This document shows, in pieces, positions 1 to 9,088 of a DNA stretch of 64,000 nucleotides (positions within the stretch are counted from its first letter, which is position 1; every line of letters starts with the position of its first letter). The stretch spans positions 864,001-928,000 of the forward strand of contig OZ245015.1 in assembly GCA_965223705.1 (NCBI GenBank), written 5' to 3'. The notes beneath the pieces are model-generated. The model was not told the DNA's origin, did not search any database, and saw only the letters and a list, made by a program, of their open reading frames with translations. This DNA is from Myxococcota bacterium. GTDB lineage: Bacteria > Myxococcota_A > UBA9160 > UBA6930. The position numbers and the translations under genes were made by a program.

Positions 1-398
1 GCGTCGAGTTCGAGAAGACGTCGTTCTGGTTGCGCGCCTTCGGGCCCTACTGGATATCGACCTGGATCATGATCATATGCAACGGAGTGATCCCACAGGT
101 CTTCTGGTGGAGACAGTGTCGAACCCACATACCGACGATTTTCGTCGTCGCGACGTTCATCAACATCGGCATGTGGTTCGAGCGCTACGTCATTATCATC
201 ACCGGTCTGTCTCGGGAATACGACCCCGCGGTCTGGGGTGTCTACACACCGAGCTTCGTCGAGCTCGGCATCCTGGCCGGAAGCTTCGGCTTCTTCTGTA
301 CCTTGTTCTTGATTTTCCTCAAGCTGTTCCCGGTGATCGCCATCGCGGAGGTGAAGGAACTCGCCATCCACGAGAAAGCACACGGGGGGGCACACTGA
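1..398 (+). CDS. actC: Alternative complex III membrane subunit ActC (NrfD/PsrC family), 5'-truncated by the window edge
   Basis: Hydrophobic C-terminus with the GMWFERYVIII motif typical of ActC/NrfD; followed by ActD/E/F-like genes. Confidence 0.85.
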   Translation, partial: VEFEKTSFWLRAFGPYWISTWIMIICNGVIPQVFWWRQCRTHIPTIFVVATFINIGMWFERYVIIITGLSREYDPAVWGVYTPSFVELGILAGSFGFFCTLFLIFLKLFPVIAIAEVKELAIHEKAHGGAH

Positions 399-910
399 TG
401 CCTTCGCTCATCGCCGTCTACGATCAACCGGACCCGCTCGTCGAAGTCGTGAAGCGCCTGAAGAATCGCGGTTACGAAGACCTCGAGGTCTATTCCCCCG
501 CGCCCTTCGCCGAGATCGACGACGCCGTCATGGAGAAGCCGAGCCGCGTGCGGATCTTCACTTTGATCGGGGGGCTGCTCGGTGCTTTCACCGGTTTCTT
601 CATCACGATCTGGATGTCGAACGATTGGCCGCTCATGATCGGCGGCAAACCGTACTCGTCGATTCCGCCCTACGTGATCATCTCTTTCGAACTGACGGTT
701 CTGTTCGGCGGCCTGGCGACCCTGATCGGTCTCCTCACCGTTGGCAAGCTGCCGTACGGAAAGTTCGGCGTTCACGACGACGCGTATAGCGAGCGCTTTT
801 CGGCCGAGGAATTCGGTCTCGTCGTCGAATGCGCCGACCGAGACGTCGCCGAGGTCGACGCGTTGATGCGCGCCCACTCCGCCAAGGAGGTGAACCTTGT
901 CGAAGCATAG
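398..910 (+). CDS. actD: Alternative complex III subunit ActD (DUF3341-like)
   Basis: ATG at 398 overlaps the upstream TGA (TGATG). Contains EVYSPAP, two TM helices, WPLMIGGKP and FELTVLFGGL. Confidence 0.85.
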   Translation: MPSLIAVYDQPDPLVEVVKRLKNRGYEDLEVYSPAPFAEIDDAVMEKPSRVRIFTLIGGLLGAFTGFFITIWMSNDWPLMIGGKPYSSIPPYVIISFELTVLFGGLATLIGLLTVGKLPYGKFGVHDDAYSERFSAEEFGLVVECADRDVAEVDALMRAHSAKEVNLVEA

Positions 911-1460
911 TCCCAAGGCGCTGGCGACCTTGGTGCTGCTGTCGCTCACCACACTGCCCGGTTGTTGGGAGCAGTGGTCGGAGACGTGGTTCCCGCAGAT
1001 GAAGTGGCAGAAAGCCGTGCAGGCATTCGAAGCGCCGATGCTCGACGGTGAGATGCGCGAGTTCTTGCCGCCCGAAGGCAGCGTTCCGATCGACGGTGGA
1101 GAAGCCCAGGTCAATCGCCTGAACCTCCCCGCGGCCGATGCGTTGGTGAACCCGCGAGACGCTTCGGACTACCGCTCGCTCGCGAACGGCGAAGAGCAGT
1201 ACCAGGTCTACTGCGCCGTTTGTCACGGCGACACCGGGATGGGCGACGGGCCCGTCAGCGCCACGGGCACGAAGACGGGTCCGTTCGCCGGCGTGTTTCC
1301 CCTGGTCGGAATCACCCGAGGCCGCAGCGATGGCTACATCTACCTGACGATTCGCAATGGCGGCATCAATATGCCGAACTATAAGCACATACCCGCGATG
1401 GACCGCTGGGACATCGTGAACTACGTGCGTTTCCTCGATAAGAAGGGAGGCCGGCCGTGA
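897..1460 (+). CDS. actE: Alternative complex III monoheme cytochrome c lipoprotein ActE
   Basis: Lipobox-like LPGC, CAVCH heme motif, MP..Y and DRWDIVNYVR C-terminus; position in the operon. Confidence 0.85.
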   Translation: MSKHSPKALATLVLLSLTTLPGCWEQWSETWFPQMKWQKAVQAFEAPMLDGEMREFLPPEGSVPIDGGEAQVNRLNLPAADALVNPRDASDYRSLANGEEQYQVYCAVCHGDTGMGDGPVSATGTKTGPFAGVFPLVGITRGRSDGYIYLTIRNGGINMPNYKHIPAMDRWDIVNYVRFLDKKGGRP

Positions 1461-2734
1461 GCGCGGGTGTCGTGCCGATCGAACGAGCGGCCCCGCGGAG
1501 TCTTCCCGGCACCGTCGCGGGCATCGCCGCAATCCTATTCGCCGGAGGCCTGATCGCGTTCTTCTACGGGCTCGCGAACGATCCGGAGACCGCGTGGCGT
1601 GCTTTCCACGTGAACTACATCTACTTCGGTGGCCTCGCCCAGGGCGCCATCGTTCTCTCCGCGGCGATGGTCATTATCGGCGCCCGTTGGGCGGGTCCGG
1701 TGCAGCGCATCGCAGAATCGCTCGGCGCGTGGGTCCCCGTCACGTTCGTGCTCGGTTGTGTCGGATACTTCGGCCGCCACCACGTCTACGACTGGATCGA
1801 GCACCCGATCGCGATCAAGGCCGCTTGGCTGAACCCGACGCGCATGTACGTGATGGACCTGGCGATCCTGGGAATCCTCGCGATCCTGACAATCGTCTGG
1901 CTCAAGACGCGCTGGCGCCCGACGCTTCACGGCGTCGAAGCGACGGGTTTCGCGAAAGGGATGATCGAGAGCTGGACGAAGGGCTGGCGCGGTGACGCCG
2001 AAGAAAACGAGGCGCGAGCCAGCCGTCTCAAGGTCCTCGCCCCGATCATCTGCCTGATGTACGGCTTCGGCTGGAGCATCATCGCGTTCGACCAGGTGAT
2101 GTCGCTCTCCCCGATGTGGTTCTCGAACTTGTTCGGAGCGTTCGTCGCGTGGGGCGGGTTCCTCTCGGCGGTTTCGGTCACCACGCTCCTAGCGGTTCTT
2201 CACCGCAATTATCCCGGCCTCGAGAACGAGATCACGCGCGCGCGGCTGCACGATCTGGGGAAGATGATCTTCGCTTTCTCCATTTTTTGGATGTACCTCT
2301 TCTTCGCCCAGTACCTGGTGATCTGGTACGGCAACTTGCCCGAAGAGACGATGTTCTTCGCGGCGCGACTCGGTACCGAGTTCCTGCAGGGCACCTGGTA
2401 CTTTGACGGTTGGTGGGAGCGAATCCAAGAGCCCTACGTGCGGCTCACTTTGTTCGCCTGGATCTGCGTCTGGGTCATCCCGTTCTGGTTCCTCCTCGGC
2501 CAACGGCCGAAGCAGACGTATTGGTTCGTCGGAAGCGTCGCGTTCATCTCGGCCTTCGGTCTGTGGATCGAGCGCAACGTGCTGATCTGGCCCTCACTGG
2601 TGCCCGACAACACGATGGCCCCGTTTGGATGGATCCAGATCGGAATCGCCCTCGGCTTCCTCGGCGCGTTCACACTTGTCTTCCTCATGTTCTCGAGGGT
2701 GTTCCCGTCGCTGGCGGTTCCGCAGGACTCCTAA
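1457..2734 (+). CDS. actF: Alternative complex III membrane subunit ActF
   Basis: About 10 TM helices; LHDLGKMIFAFSIFWMYLFFAQYLVIWYGNLPEE signature. Confidence 0.88.
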   Translation: MSAGVVPIERAAPRSLPGTVAGIAAILFAGGLIAFFYGLANDPETAWRAFHVNYIYFGGLAQGAIVLSAAMVIIGARWAGPVQRIAESLGAWVPVTFVLGCVGYFGRHHVYDWIEHPIAIKAAWLNPTRMYVMDLAILGILAILTIVWLKTRWRPTLHGVEATGFAKGMIESWTKGWRGDAEENEARASRLKVLAPIICLMYGFGWSIIAFDQVMSLSPMWFSNLFGAFVAWGGFLSAVSVTTLLAVLHRNYPGLENEITRARLHDLGKMIFAFSIFWMYLFFAQYLVIWYGNLPEETMFFAARLGTEFLQGTWYFDGWWERIQEPYVRLTLFAWICVWVIPFWFLLGQRPKQTYWFVGSVAFISAFGLWIERNVLIWPSLVPDNTMAPFGWIQIGIALGFLGAFTLVFLMFSRVFPSLAVPQDS

Positions 2735-2800
2735 ACGAACGAGTTACCGCCGACGGCCAGTGAGGTTCGCTTCCCTCTAGGCGACGGCTTCGAACCCATC

Positions 2801-4084
2801 GTGGTGGCGGGCGGTGAGCTGCATCACCCGGAAACCACCTACCTGCCGGCGCGTTTGTCGCCGCTGCGCACCACACCCGTTCGTGCGATCACCCACTTTT
2901 CCGTGAGTGGTGCGGGAATCCGCATTGGCACCGCTCGGGGCTGCCATACGTTTCTACGCAAGCGTTTCGTCGATGCCTCGGGCCCAGAAGATCTGGCTCA
3001 CGCGATCGGTGAGGCGATGGCGCGTTCGGAGGGTCGCGGGGCGGCGTTCGAACACATGCGCGAACTCGATCTGCTCGCGCAACGAGAACGCACCCCTGTG
3101 AGTCACGGTGTCGCGATCCTCTGCGTCGTGGTCTTCGCGCTTCAGTGGGTGTTTCAGCCAGAGCTTCTCTACGCGGGCGAGTTCAGTGCCTCGTTCGTTC
3201 GCGCCGGTGAGCTCTACCGACTCGTGACGGCGAACTTCCTCCACGGGTCGCTGGTCCACCTCGCGCTCAATGTTCTCGGCTTGCGCTTTCTGGGCGCCTT
3301 CGTCGAACGCCCGTTGGGATCTCACGCCACGTTTTTTGTACTCGCGCTTTCGGGAATCGGCGCGATGGTCGGCAGCTACTTCGCAGACTACGCGTCGGCG
3401 GTAGGCGCTTCGGGGATGGTCTTCGGCCTCGCTGGTGCCCTGGTGTGGCTCGAGCTCGGCCGGGCGCGAGATCTCCCGGTGTCGTTCCGATTGCCGCGCC
3501 GCCTGCTCTTGACTTTGGTAGCGGCGGAGACGGTGGTGCTTTCGCTGGTTCCCATCGTCGCAGGCGCCGCTCACGTCGGCGGCCTTGTGGCGGGCTACCT
3601 CGCGGCACGCGTTGCCGGTTCGACCACTCTCCCCGCAAGCGCCGCCTGGTTGCCGCGCGCGAATGCGCCGATCGCAGCCTTGGCGATGCTCGCTGTTGTC
3701 ACGGCGGGCGTTTTTCACTTCGCGCGCGGGGACGAATACGCCCTCCGTCAAGCGGAACGGCTTCTTCAAGCGGAAGGCGTCCACCCGATGTTTCTCAACA
3801 ATGCCGCTTGGAAGCTTGTGACGGAAAGCGAACCCGAAGAAGAGACCCTCGACCTAGCGCTGCGCCTCGCGACGCGCGCGGTTGCTCTCACCGAGAGACG
3901 AGAGCCGACGATCCTCGACACGCTCGCGGAGATTCATTTCGTGGGCGGACGCAATGCGGAGGCCCTCAGGACGATCGACGAAGCGATCTCCTTGAAGCCC
4001 GAAGAAAGCTACTACCTCGAACAGAAGAGGCGATTTCTGGGAGAGCGGGACGCGGACGATCGACCGGCCGCTCCTGACTCCTAG
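2801..4084 (+). CDS. Rhomboid intramembrane serine protease with C-terminal TPR (start uncertain)
   Basis: FLHGSLVHLALN, catalytic GASG and AHVGG; C-terminal ILDTLAEIHF...AISLKP TPR. The frame is open from 2735. Confidence 0.85.
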   Translation: MVAGGELHHPETTYLPARLSPLRTTPVRAITHFSVSGAGIRIGTARGCHTFLRKRFVDASGPEDLAHAIGEAMARSEGRGAAFEHMRELDLLAQRERTPVSHGVAILCVVVFALQWVFQPELLYAGEFSASFVRAGELYRLVTANFLHGSLVHLALNVLGLRFLGAFVERPLGSHATFFVLALSGIGAMVGSYFADYASAVGASGMVFGLAGALVWLELGRARDLPVSFRLPRRLLLTLVAAETVVLSLVPIVAGAAHVGGLVAGYLAARVAGSTTLPASAAWLPRANAPIAALAMLAVVTAGVFHFARGDEYALRQAERLLQAEGVHPMFLNNAAWKLVTESEPEEETLDLALRLATRAVALTERREPTILDTLAEIHFVGGRNAEALRTIDEAISLKPEESYYLEQKRRFLGERDADDRPAAPDS

Positions 4085-4096
4085 GGCGCGTCGCCG

Positions 4097-5062
4097 CTAG
4101 CGAGTGAAGACATCGCCGTCCGACGCGACCGATACGGCGCCCTGGAAATCTTTCCCGAGGATGCGCGTGTACTGAAAGCCGAACACCGGCGGCGGCGAAA
4201 GCTGGGTCAGTATGACGTGGGCGACATTCATTTGCTTCGCCAGCGCGCCCAGCTCCTCAACGGCGAGTGCCTTCTCCGAGACGGCGCGCAACCGCTCGGG
4301 GTCGCTCGCCCCGGCTTCGATCGCCGCCTCGACGCTGGCTCGGTAGGTCGCGGCCTGCACCCAGAAGGTGGCGTCTTCTGTAGCCCGCGCGAGCGCTTCA
4401 AGATCGAACACCCGGGAAGCGATGGCGACCGATGTCTCGCCGCGGCTGATCCGGTAGCTCATCGTCGGAAAGGGCTCTTCACCGACACGCAGCCAATCGA
4501 CTTGAAGATCCCCGACACTGGCCAAGCCATCGGTCCCCACGAGAGGTCCGGCAACCACGTCGGGGACCGCTCGAAGCCCTTCGATCTCGCGCTGGTTATC
4601 AAGACTCCGGTGATTGGATGCGGCGAGACCCAGCACGAAGTCATCGACGCCCACCGGGCCAAAGACCGATAGATCCGCCGCCCCGGGGACCCGCGCTCGT
4701 GCGGCGGTGAGGTCGTCGAGTCCTACAGTGGCTTCCGGCAGCAAGCTCGTCAAAAAGACGTGCTTGACTTGCTCGGCGGGAATTCCCGCCGAGCGCAGCG
4801 CGTCGGCAACTCCGCGGCCGGCGTCGACGAGAATGAAGTCGTGCCGAAACCCAACGCCCGTCGCAGGCCCGTAGCGGCGCTGGTTCGGGGCGCCGGTGCC
4901 GGTTCCGAGCAGGAACACGGAGAACTCGTCAAATTTCTGGGTCTCCAGGGGGCGGATCTCCGAGGCCGCCGCCTCGATGCGCTTCGAAGCCCAAGAGAGC
5001 CCGAAGACCGCGAAGAGGCCCACCACCCCCACGACCAGAAGAACCCCGCGGATCTGATTCAA
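4097..5062 (-). CDS. Membrane-anchored MBL-fold (RNase Z/AtsA-like) protein with degenerate metal ligands
   Basis: N-terminal TM, LLGTG, ILVDAGRG, FLTSLLPEA in place of THxHxDH, C-terminal VASDG. Confidence 0.7.
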   Translation of the reverse strand: MNQIRGVLLVVGVVGLFAVFGLSWASKRIEAAASEIRPLETQKFDEFSVFLLGTGTGAPNQRRYGPATGVGFRHDFILVDAGRGVADALRSAGIPAEQVKHVFLTSLLPEATVGLDDLTAARARVPGAADLSVFGPVGVDDFVLGLAASNHRSLDNQREIEGLRAVPDVVAGPLVGTDGLASVGDLQVDWLRVGEEPFPTMSYRISRGETSVAIASRVFDLEALARATEDATFWVQAATYRASVEAAIEAGASDPERLRAVSEKALAVEELGALAKQMNVAHVILTQLSPPPVFGFQYTRILGKDFQGAVSVASDGDVFTR

Positions 5063-5173
5063 GTCGGTCCCACCCCAAGCGACAAATGTGCTTTAACCGC
5101 CCGAATTCTAGCCACTTTTTCGCCGCTTGCGGGCGCTCTAGCTCGCCGCCTGTCCTTCCGATAAATTCCGGCA

Positions 5174-5543
5174 TAGGGGAATCTCACTCATTCCCCGAGT
5201 CTCTCCGGGGCACGTTGCTTTCTGAGGGGCGACCTGGGGCGGTGGGAACGGCGCTCGCCATAACCCCGGGAAGACCGCGGCGGAGCCTGGGCCTCGCTGC
5301 AAGTCCCCTACGCCGGGAAGGAGGTGAAAAATTGGACCATTATCAATCTACGGCGAGTGAGGTGGTGGCGTCCTAACGCCCACTGAGAGCCGTTTTTTTC
5401 TCACTTCTCGGTGTAGCTAGGGGCGCCAGTCCCAGAGCCACCGCCCCGGGAGCGCGGACGCCGTAGCCGCTTTAGGGCCAAGATTCGCAAAGTCGCAACA
5501 GGCGAACTTGGCGGATAACAGCCCGCTCCCGGGGATTTTTTTG
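5174..5543 (+). other. Structured intergenic region: candidate ncRNA and/or 14-aa sORF (5332-5376)
   Basis: Hairpin 5176-5196; SD AAGGAGGTG at 5318-5326 before TTG; stem ACGGC/GCCGT followed by a T-run; second long stem 5444-5534 followed by a T-run. Confidence 0.4.
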
Positions 5544-5783
5544 TCCTTCCCACGACTCCTTCGAATAGTTCGATGCGCTGTGACGTCGACCACAGTGGGT
5601 CCGCGCTGTCCGCCGTACAAAAGGGAACGAATTGATTTTGCGGTGAGAGGTTCCCGCGCGCGTCGATAGCCAGCGTCGGTGAGTCGGATGGTCCGACCGC
5701 CAATCCCGTCCGGGCGAGGTCGTCGGCGCGCGCGGTTGCTCCGCAGAGTCAGTCGTCCACGAGCTGGGGCTATACTGCCGGCC

Positions 5784-7397
5784 ATGCCGAACCCCATCCA
5801 TCTCGATCCGATGACCCCGGTGACGTTTCTCGAGCGAAGCGTCCGCGTGTTTCCCGACAAGACGGCCGTTGTGTACGGCGACATACGCTGGACGTACCGC
5901 GAGTTTGGTCAGGAAGTCGGCAGGCTCGCGGGAGCGCTTCTCCGTGCGGGCATCGGTCCCGACGACCGCGTCGCTTTCCTCGCGCCCAACGTGCCGGCCA
6001 TGCTTGTCGCACATTTCGCCGTCTTGCGAATCAAGGCGGTCTTGGTCGCGATCAACACCCGTCTGAACGCCGAAGAGGTGGCTTACATCCTCAACCACTC
6101 GGGCGCCAAGATCGTCTTCTGCGACCCTGAGCTCGCGCCCAAGGTGGCAGAAGCACCGGGCGGACTCGACGCGAATCCGCTGCTGGTCAACGTGCTCGAC
6201 GCGGCTGCGGGCTTTGGAGAGTCGGTTCTCGACGGTCCCACCTACGACGAGTTCGTCGATTCTGCGGAGATCCTCCCGATCGAGATGGAGCTCGACGACG
6301 AAGATCGGGTCACGTCGATCAACTACACCTCGGGGACGACGGGCCGGCCGAAAGGCGTGATGTACACCCACCGCGGCGCGTTCTTGAACGCGTTCGGCGA
6401 GATGTACGTGCACGAACTCGAGCGCGACAGCGTCTATCTCTGGACCCTGCCGCTCTTCCACTGCAACGGCTGGTGCTTCCCGTGGGCAGTAACGGGCGCG
6501 GCGGGAACCCACGTGATGCTGCGAGCGGTCGATCCGACGGAGATCTACCGGTTGATCGACACCGAGGGCGTCACACACTTTAACGGCGCGCCGACTGTGC
6601 TCTTGATGATGACGGAAGCGCCCGAAGCTGCGGGTCGGCATTTCGATCCGCCGCTCAAAGTCGCCACCGGCGGTGCGCCGCCTTCACCCACGTTGCTCGC
6701 TGCGCTCGACAAGCTCGGCGTGCGCGTCATCCACTTGTACGGGCTCACCGAGACCTATGGGCCGCACGTGTATTGCCAGCTGCAGCCCGAGTGGGAAGCC
6801 CTCGAGGCTGGGCCGCGCGCGAAGGTCATGTCGCGCCAGGGTGTGCCGTACCACCACGCGTTCCATCTTCGCGTCGTCGACGGTGAGATGCGCGACGTTC
6901 CGGCGGACGCCGAGACCATGGGTGAGGTCGTCATGCGGGGCAACAACTGCATGAAGGGTTACTTCAACGACGAAGAAGCGACGGCGAAGGCTTTCGAAGG
7001 CGGTTGGTTTCATTCCGGAGACATCGGGGTCGTCCATCCCGACGGTTACATCGAGCTCCGAGATCGCAAGAAAGACATCATTATCAGCGGCGGCGAGAAT
7101 ATTTCGACCATCGAAGTGGAGCACATGGTGGTGAGCCACCCCGCGGTGTCCGAGGCCGCCGTCGTGGCCGTCCCGCACGAGAAGTGGGGCGAGGTTCCCA
7201 AAGCGTTCGTGATGTTGAAAGAAGGCGAAAGCGCGACGGAGCAGGACATCATCGAGTACTGTCGCTCGAACATGGCACACTTCAAATGTCCCAAACACGT
7301 CGAGTTCGGTGAACTGCCGAAGACCGCTACTGGGAAGATCCAGAAGTTCCGTCTGCGCGAGAAAGAGTGGGCGGGCTACGAGAAGCGGATCTCCTAG
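5784..7397 (+). CDS. Acyl-CoA synthetase / AMP-binding enzyme
   Basis: YTSGTTGRPKG, YGLTE, SGD, DRKKDIIISGGENIS, PKTATGKIQK. ATG at 5784 is preceded by TATACT. Confidence 0.95.
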   Translation: MPNPIHLDPMTPVTFLERSVRVFPDKTAVVYGDIRWTYREFGQEVGRLAGALLRAGIGPDDRVAFLAPNVPAMLVAHFAVLRIKAVLVAINTRLNAEEVAYILNHSGAKIVFCDPELAPKVAEAPGGLDANPLLVNVLDAAAGFGESVLDGPTYDEFVDSAEILPIEMELDDEDRVTSINYTSGTTGRPKGVMYTHRGAFLNAFGEMYVHELERDSVYLWTLPLFHCNGWCFPWAVTGAAGTHVMLRAVDPTEIYRLIDTEGVTHFNGAPTVLLMMTEAPEAAGRHFDPPLKVATGGAPPSPTLLAALDKLGVRVIHLYGLTETYGPHVYCQLQPEWEALEAGPRAKVMSRQGVPYHHAFHLRVVDGEMRDVPADAETMGEVVMRGNNCMKGYFNDEEATAKAFEGGWFHSGDIGVVHPDGYIELRDRKKDIIISGGENISTIEVEHMVVSHPAVSEAAVVAVPHEKWGEVPKAFVMLKEGESATEQDIIEYCRSNMAHFKCPKHVEFGELPKTATGKIQKFRLREKEWAGYEKRIS

Positions 7398-8851
7398 CCG
7401 CGGCGACCTTCGAGCCGGTGGACGGCGGCTCCTTCGACGAAGTCGACCGCGCGGTCGATCCAAAGGGCGTTCCGGAACAGGACGGGGTCAACTCCAAACC
7501 GCGCCGTGTCGTCGTTCAGCGAAACGAGTTGCGGGTAGAGAATCCGCCTCGGGCCATAGCTGATCTCCGTCGGTAGCGGCTCGCGAATTCTCGCCTGGAA
7601 GCGGAAAAGCTCGCGTAGGCACACCATCGGGGCGGCTTTCGCCGCGAGCGTTCCGAGCAGTTCGACGGCCGCGGCGAGCCTCCGCGTCTCCTCGTGATGA
7701 GCGGCGATCCACGGCTCGATTTCCGAGAGGAGATCGCGATCGCGCAGCCTCGCGCGGAGTTCTTCGGCGACACCGAGTCGTGCACCGACTCCTCGCGCGA
7801 GGGCGCCGAGCGCAGCGCGCTCGCCGCTCTCATCTGCGAACGCCTGCTTCGCCGCCTCCCATAAGGCCTCGAGTTCGCCGTCGGTGTCGTCGGTGCGCGT
7901 CGGCCCAAAACGGTGCGCTCTCGCGAAGAGCGCGAACGGTTCCTCGACGCCGCTCGAGGACCGCGCCAACGCCGCTTCCCAACTCACCTCCATGTCATAC
8001 GCCGAGGGTTCGTTGAGAAAGTCGGCGGCGGTGCGCACCGCGATCGCGGACGCGCGCGCCTGCACCATGCCGTTCAACATCACGCCGCTGCAGCTTGTGG
8101 CGAGCCCCGGGTCGCGCCCGCAGTAGGGAGTCAGATGGAGCGCCGCACGCATGGGGCCGTCGGCGACGGGAACGTTGTCCCACACGAGCAGCTTTCGCCG
8201 AAGGGTGGCGCTTCGCGCTTCTGCTTCACTTCGCTTGATATCCGGCGAGAGCACCGTGCGGCCGGTCCAAGCCACGTCGATACTCCCGTCGAGTTCAGTG
8301 CCCAGCGTCTCGAGATATGGGGTCGGCTCGCTTCCGACGTAGTCTGTGGGGATCAACCATAGGAGGGCTTCGTCGCCGATCCATTGCTTCACAGCGTGAG
8401 CGACGTCGACGTGCGCCGCTGCGAGACTCGGGTACCGATGCTGATCGCGCTCGTGGAGCAGCGAAGTCGGTACGTCGTCGAGTGCTAGGCAGAAGAGTCG
8501 GGCGCCCGTTTCCCGAAATTGTTCGAGTTTCTCGCGAAGCAGTCGGCGATCGTCGTGGCCGCTGTACACCATGCTCACGCCCGGGGAGATCGCGAAGCCG
8601 ACGGTCACCCCATGACGTTCGCCGGCGTCGACGAGCTCACGAAAGCGCGTCAGCGTTTCCTCGGGGTAGGGCGTCTTCCAGTGCTCTCGGTGGAGCGGGT
8701 CTTCTTTGGGGGCGTAGAGGTATCGGTTCATACCGATGCGGCCGAGCTCTTCGATCCACCAGAGCCGGTCTTCATGCCGGTATGGGGTGCCGTAGAAGCC
8801 TTCGATCAAGCCGCGATGGACGAAGGGGGAAGTCGTTTTAGAGTTCCTCAT
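7394..8851 (-). CDS. GH84 beta-N-acetylglucosaminidase (O-GlcNAcase/hyaluronidase family)
   Basis: GLIEGFYGTP, YLYAPKEDPLHR, catalytic LDD pair, WTG, VWDN.PVAD. Confidence 0.88.
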   Translation of the reverse strand: MRNSKTTSPFVHRGLIEGFYGTPYRHEDRLWWIEELGRIGMNRYLYAPKEDPLHREHWKTPYPEETLTRFRELVDAGERHGVTVGFAISPGVSMVYSGHDDRRLLREKLEQFRETGARLFCLALDDVPTSLLHERDQHRYPSLAAAHVDVAHAVKQWIGDEALLWLIPTDYVGSEPTPYLETLGTELDGSIDVAWTGRTVLSPDIKRSEAEARSATLRRKLLVWDNVPVADGPMRAALHLTPYCGRDPGLATSCSGVMLNGMVQARASAIAVRTAADFLNEPSAYDMEVSWEAALARSSSGVEEPFALFARAHRFGPTRTDDTDGELEALWEAAKQAFADESGERAALGALARGVGARLGVAEELRARLRDRDLLSEIEPWIAAHHEETRRLAAAVELLGTLAAKAAPMVCLRELFRFQARIREPLPTEISYGPRRILYPQLVSLNDDTARFGVDPVLFRNALWIDRAVDFVEGAAVHRLEGRRG

Positions 8852-9083
8852 CCTCGTCGATCGGAACGATCGAGACGGGGTGGGGCGAGTATTCCGTTCC
8901 CTTGTCCCAACCCTCGATCCGGCTCGCTTCTGCGATCCACGACTTCGCGAGATCTTCATCGACCAGCACGCCGCTTCCGTCGAAGGCTTCGGCGATTCCG
9001 TCCCAGAGGTCCTGGCCGCCGTTGTCCCACCAATCGCGAGACGTGAATTCAAAGTCGACTTTCAAACGGACCATGGCAGACAT
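8838..9083 (-). CDS. Small acidic Trp-rich hypothetical protein
   Basis: Fills the gap between glnS and GH84 on the same strand with tight spacing; protein-like composition. Confidence 0.65.
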   Translation of the reverse strand: MSAMVRLKVDFEFTSRDWWDNGGQDLWDGIAEAFDGSGVLVDEDLAKSWIAEASRIEGWDKGTEYSPHPVSIVPIDEDEEL

Positions 9084-9088
9084 CGCCG

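Noticed and set aside
1..2734. Act operon ending without actG or oxidase genes
   Set aside because: ACIII operon composition is known to vary and the 5' part lies outside the window.
2732..2800. ActF-rhomboid readthrough fusion (same frame continues directly after TAA)
   Set aside because: TAA is not a recoded stop and both proteins look complete separately; more likely just an uncertain rhomboid start.
5174..5543. Assignment to tmRNA, SRP RNA, RNase P, tRNA or a cobalamin/c-di-GMP riboswitch
   Set aside because: I could not find the diagnostic conserved motifs by eye, so it is left as an unassigned structured region.
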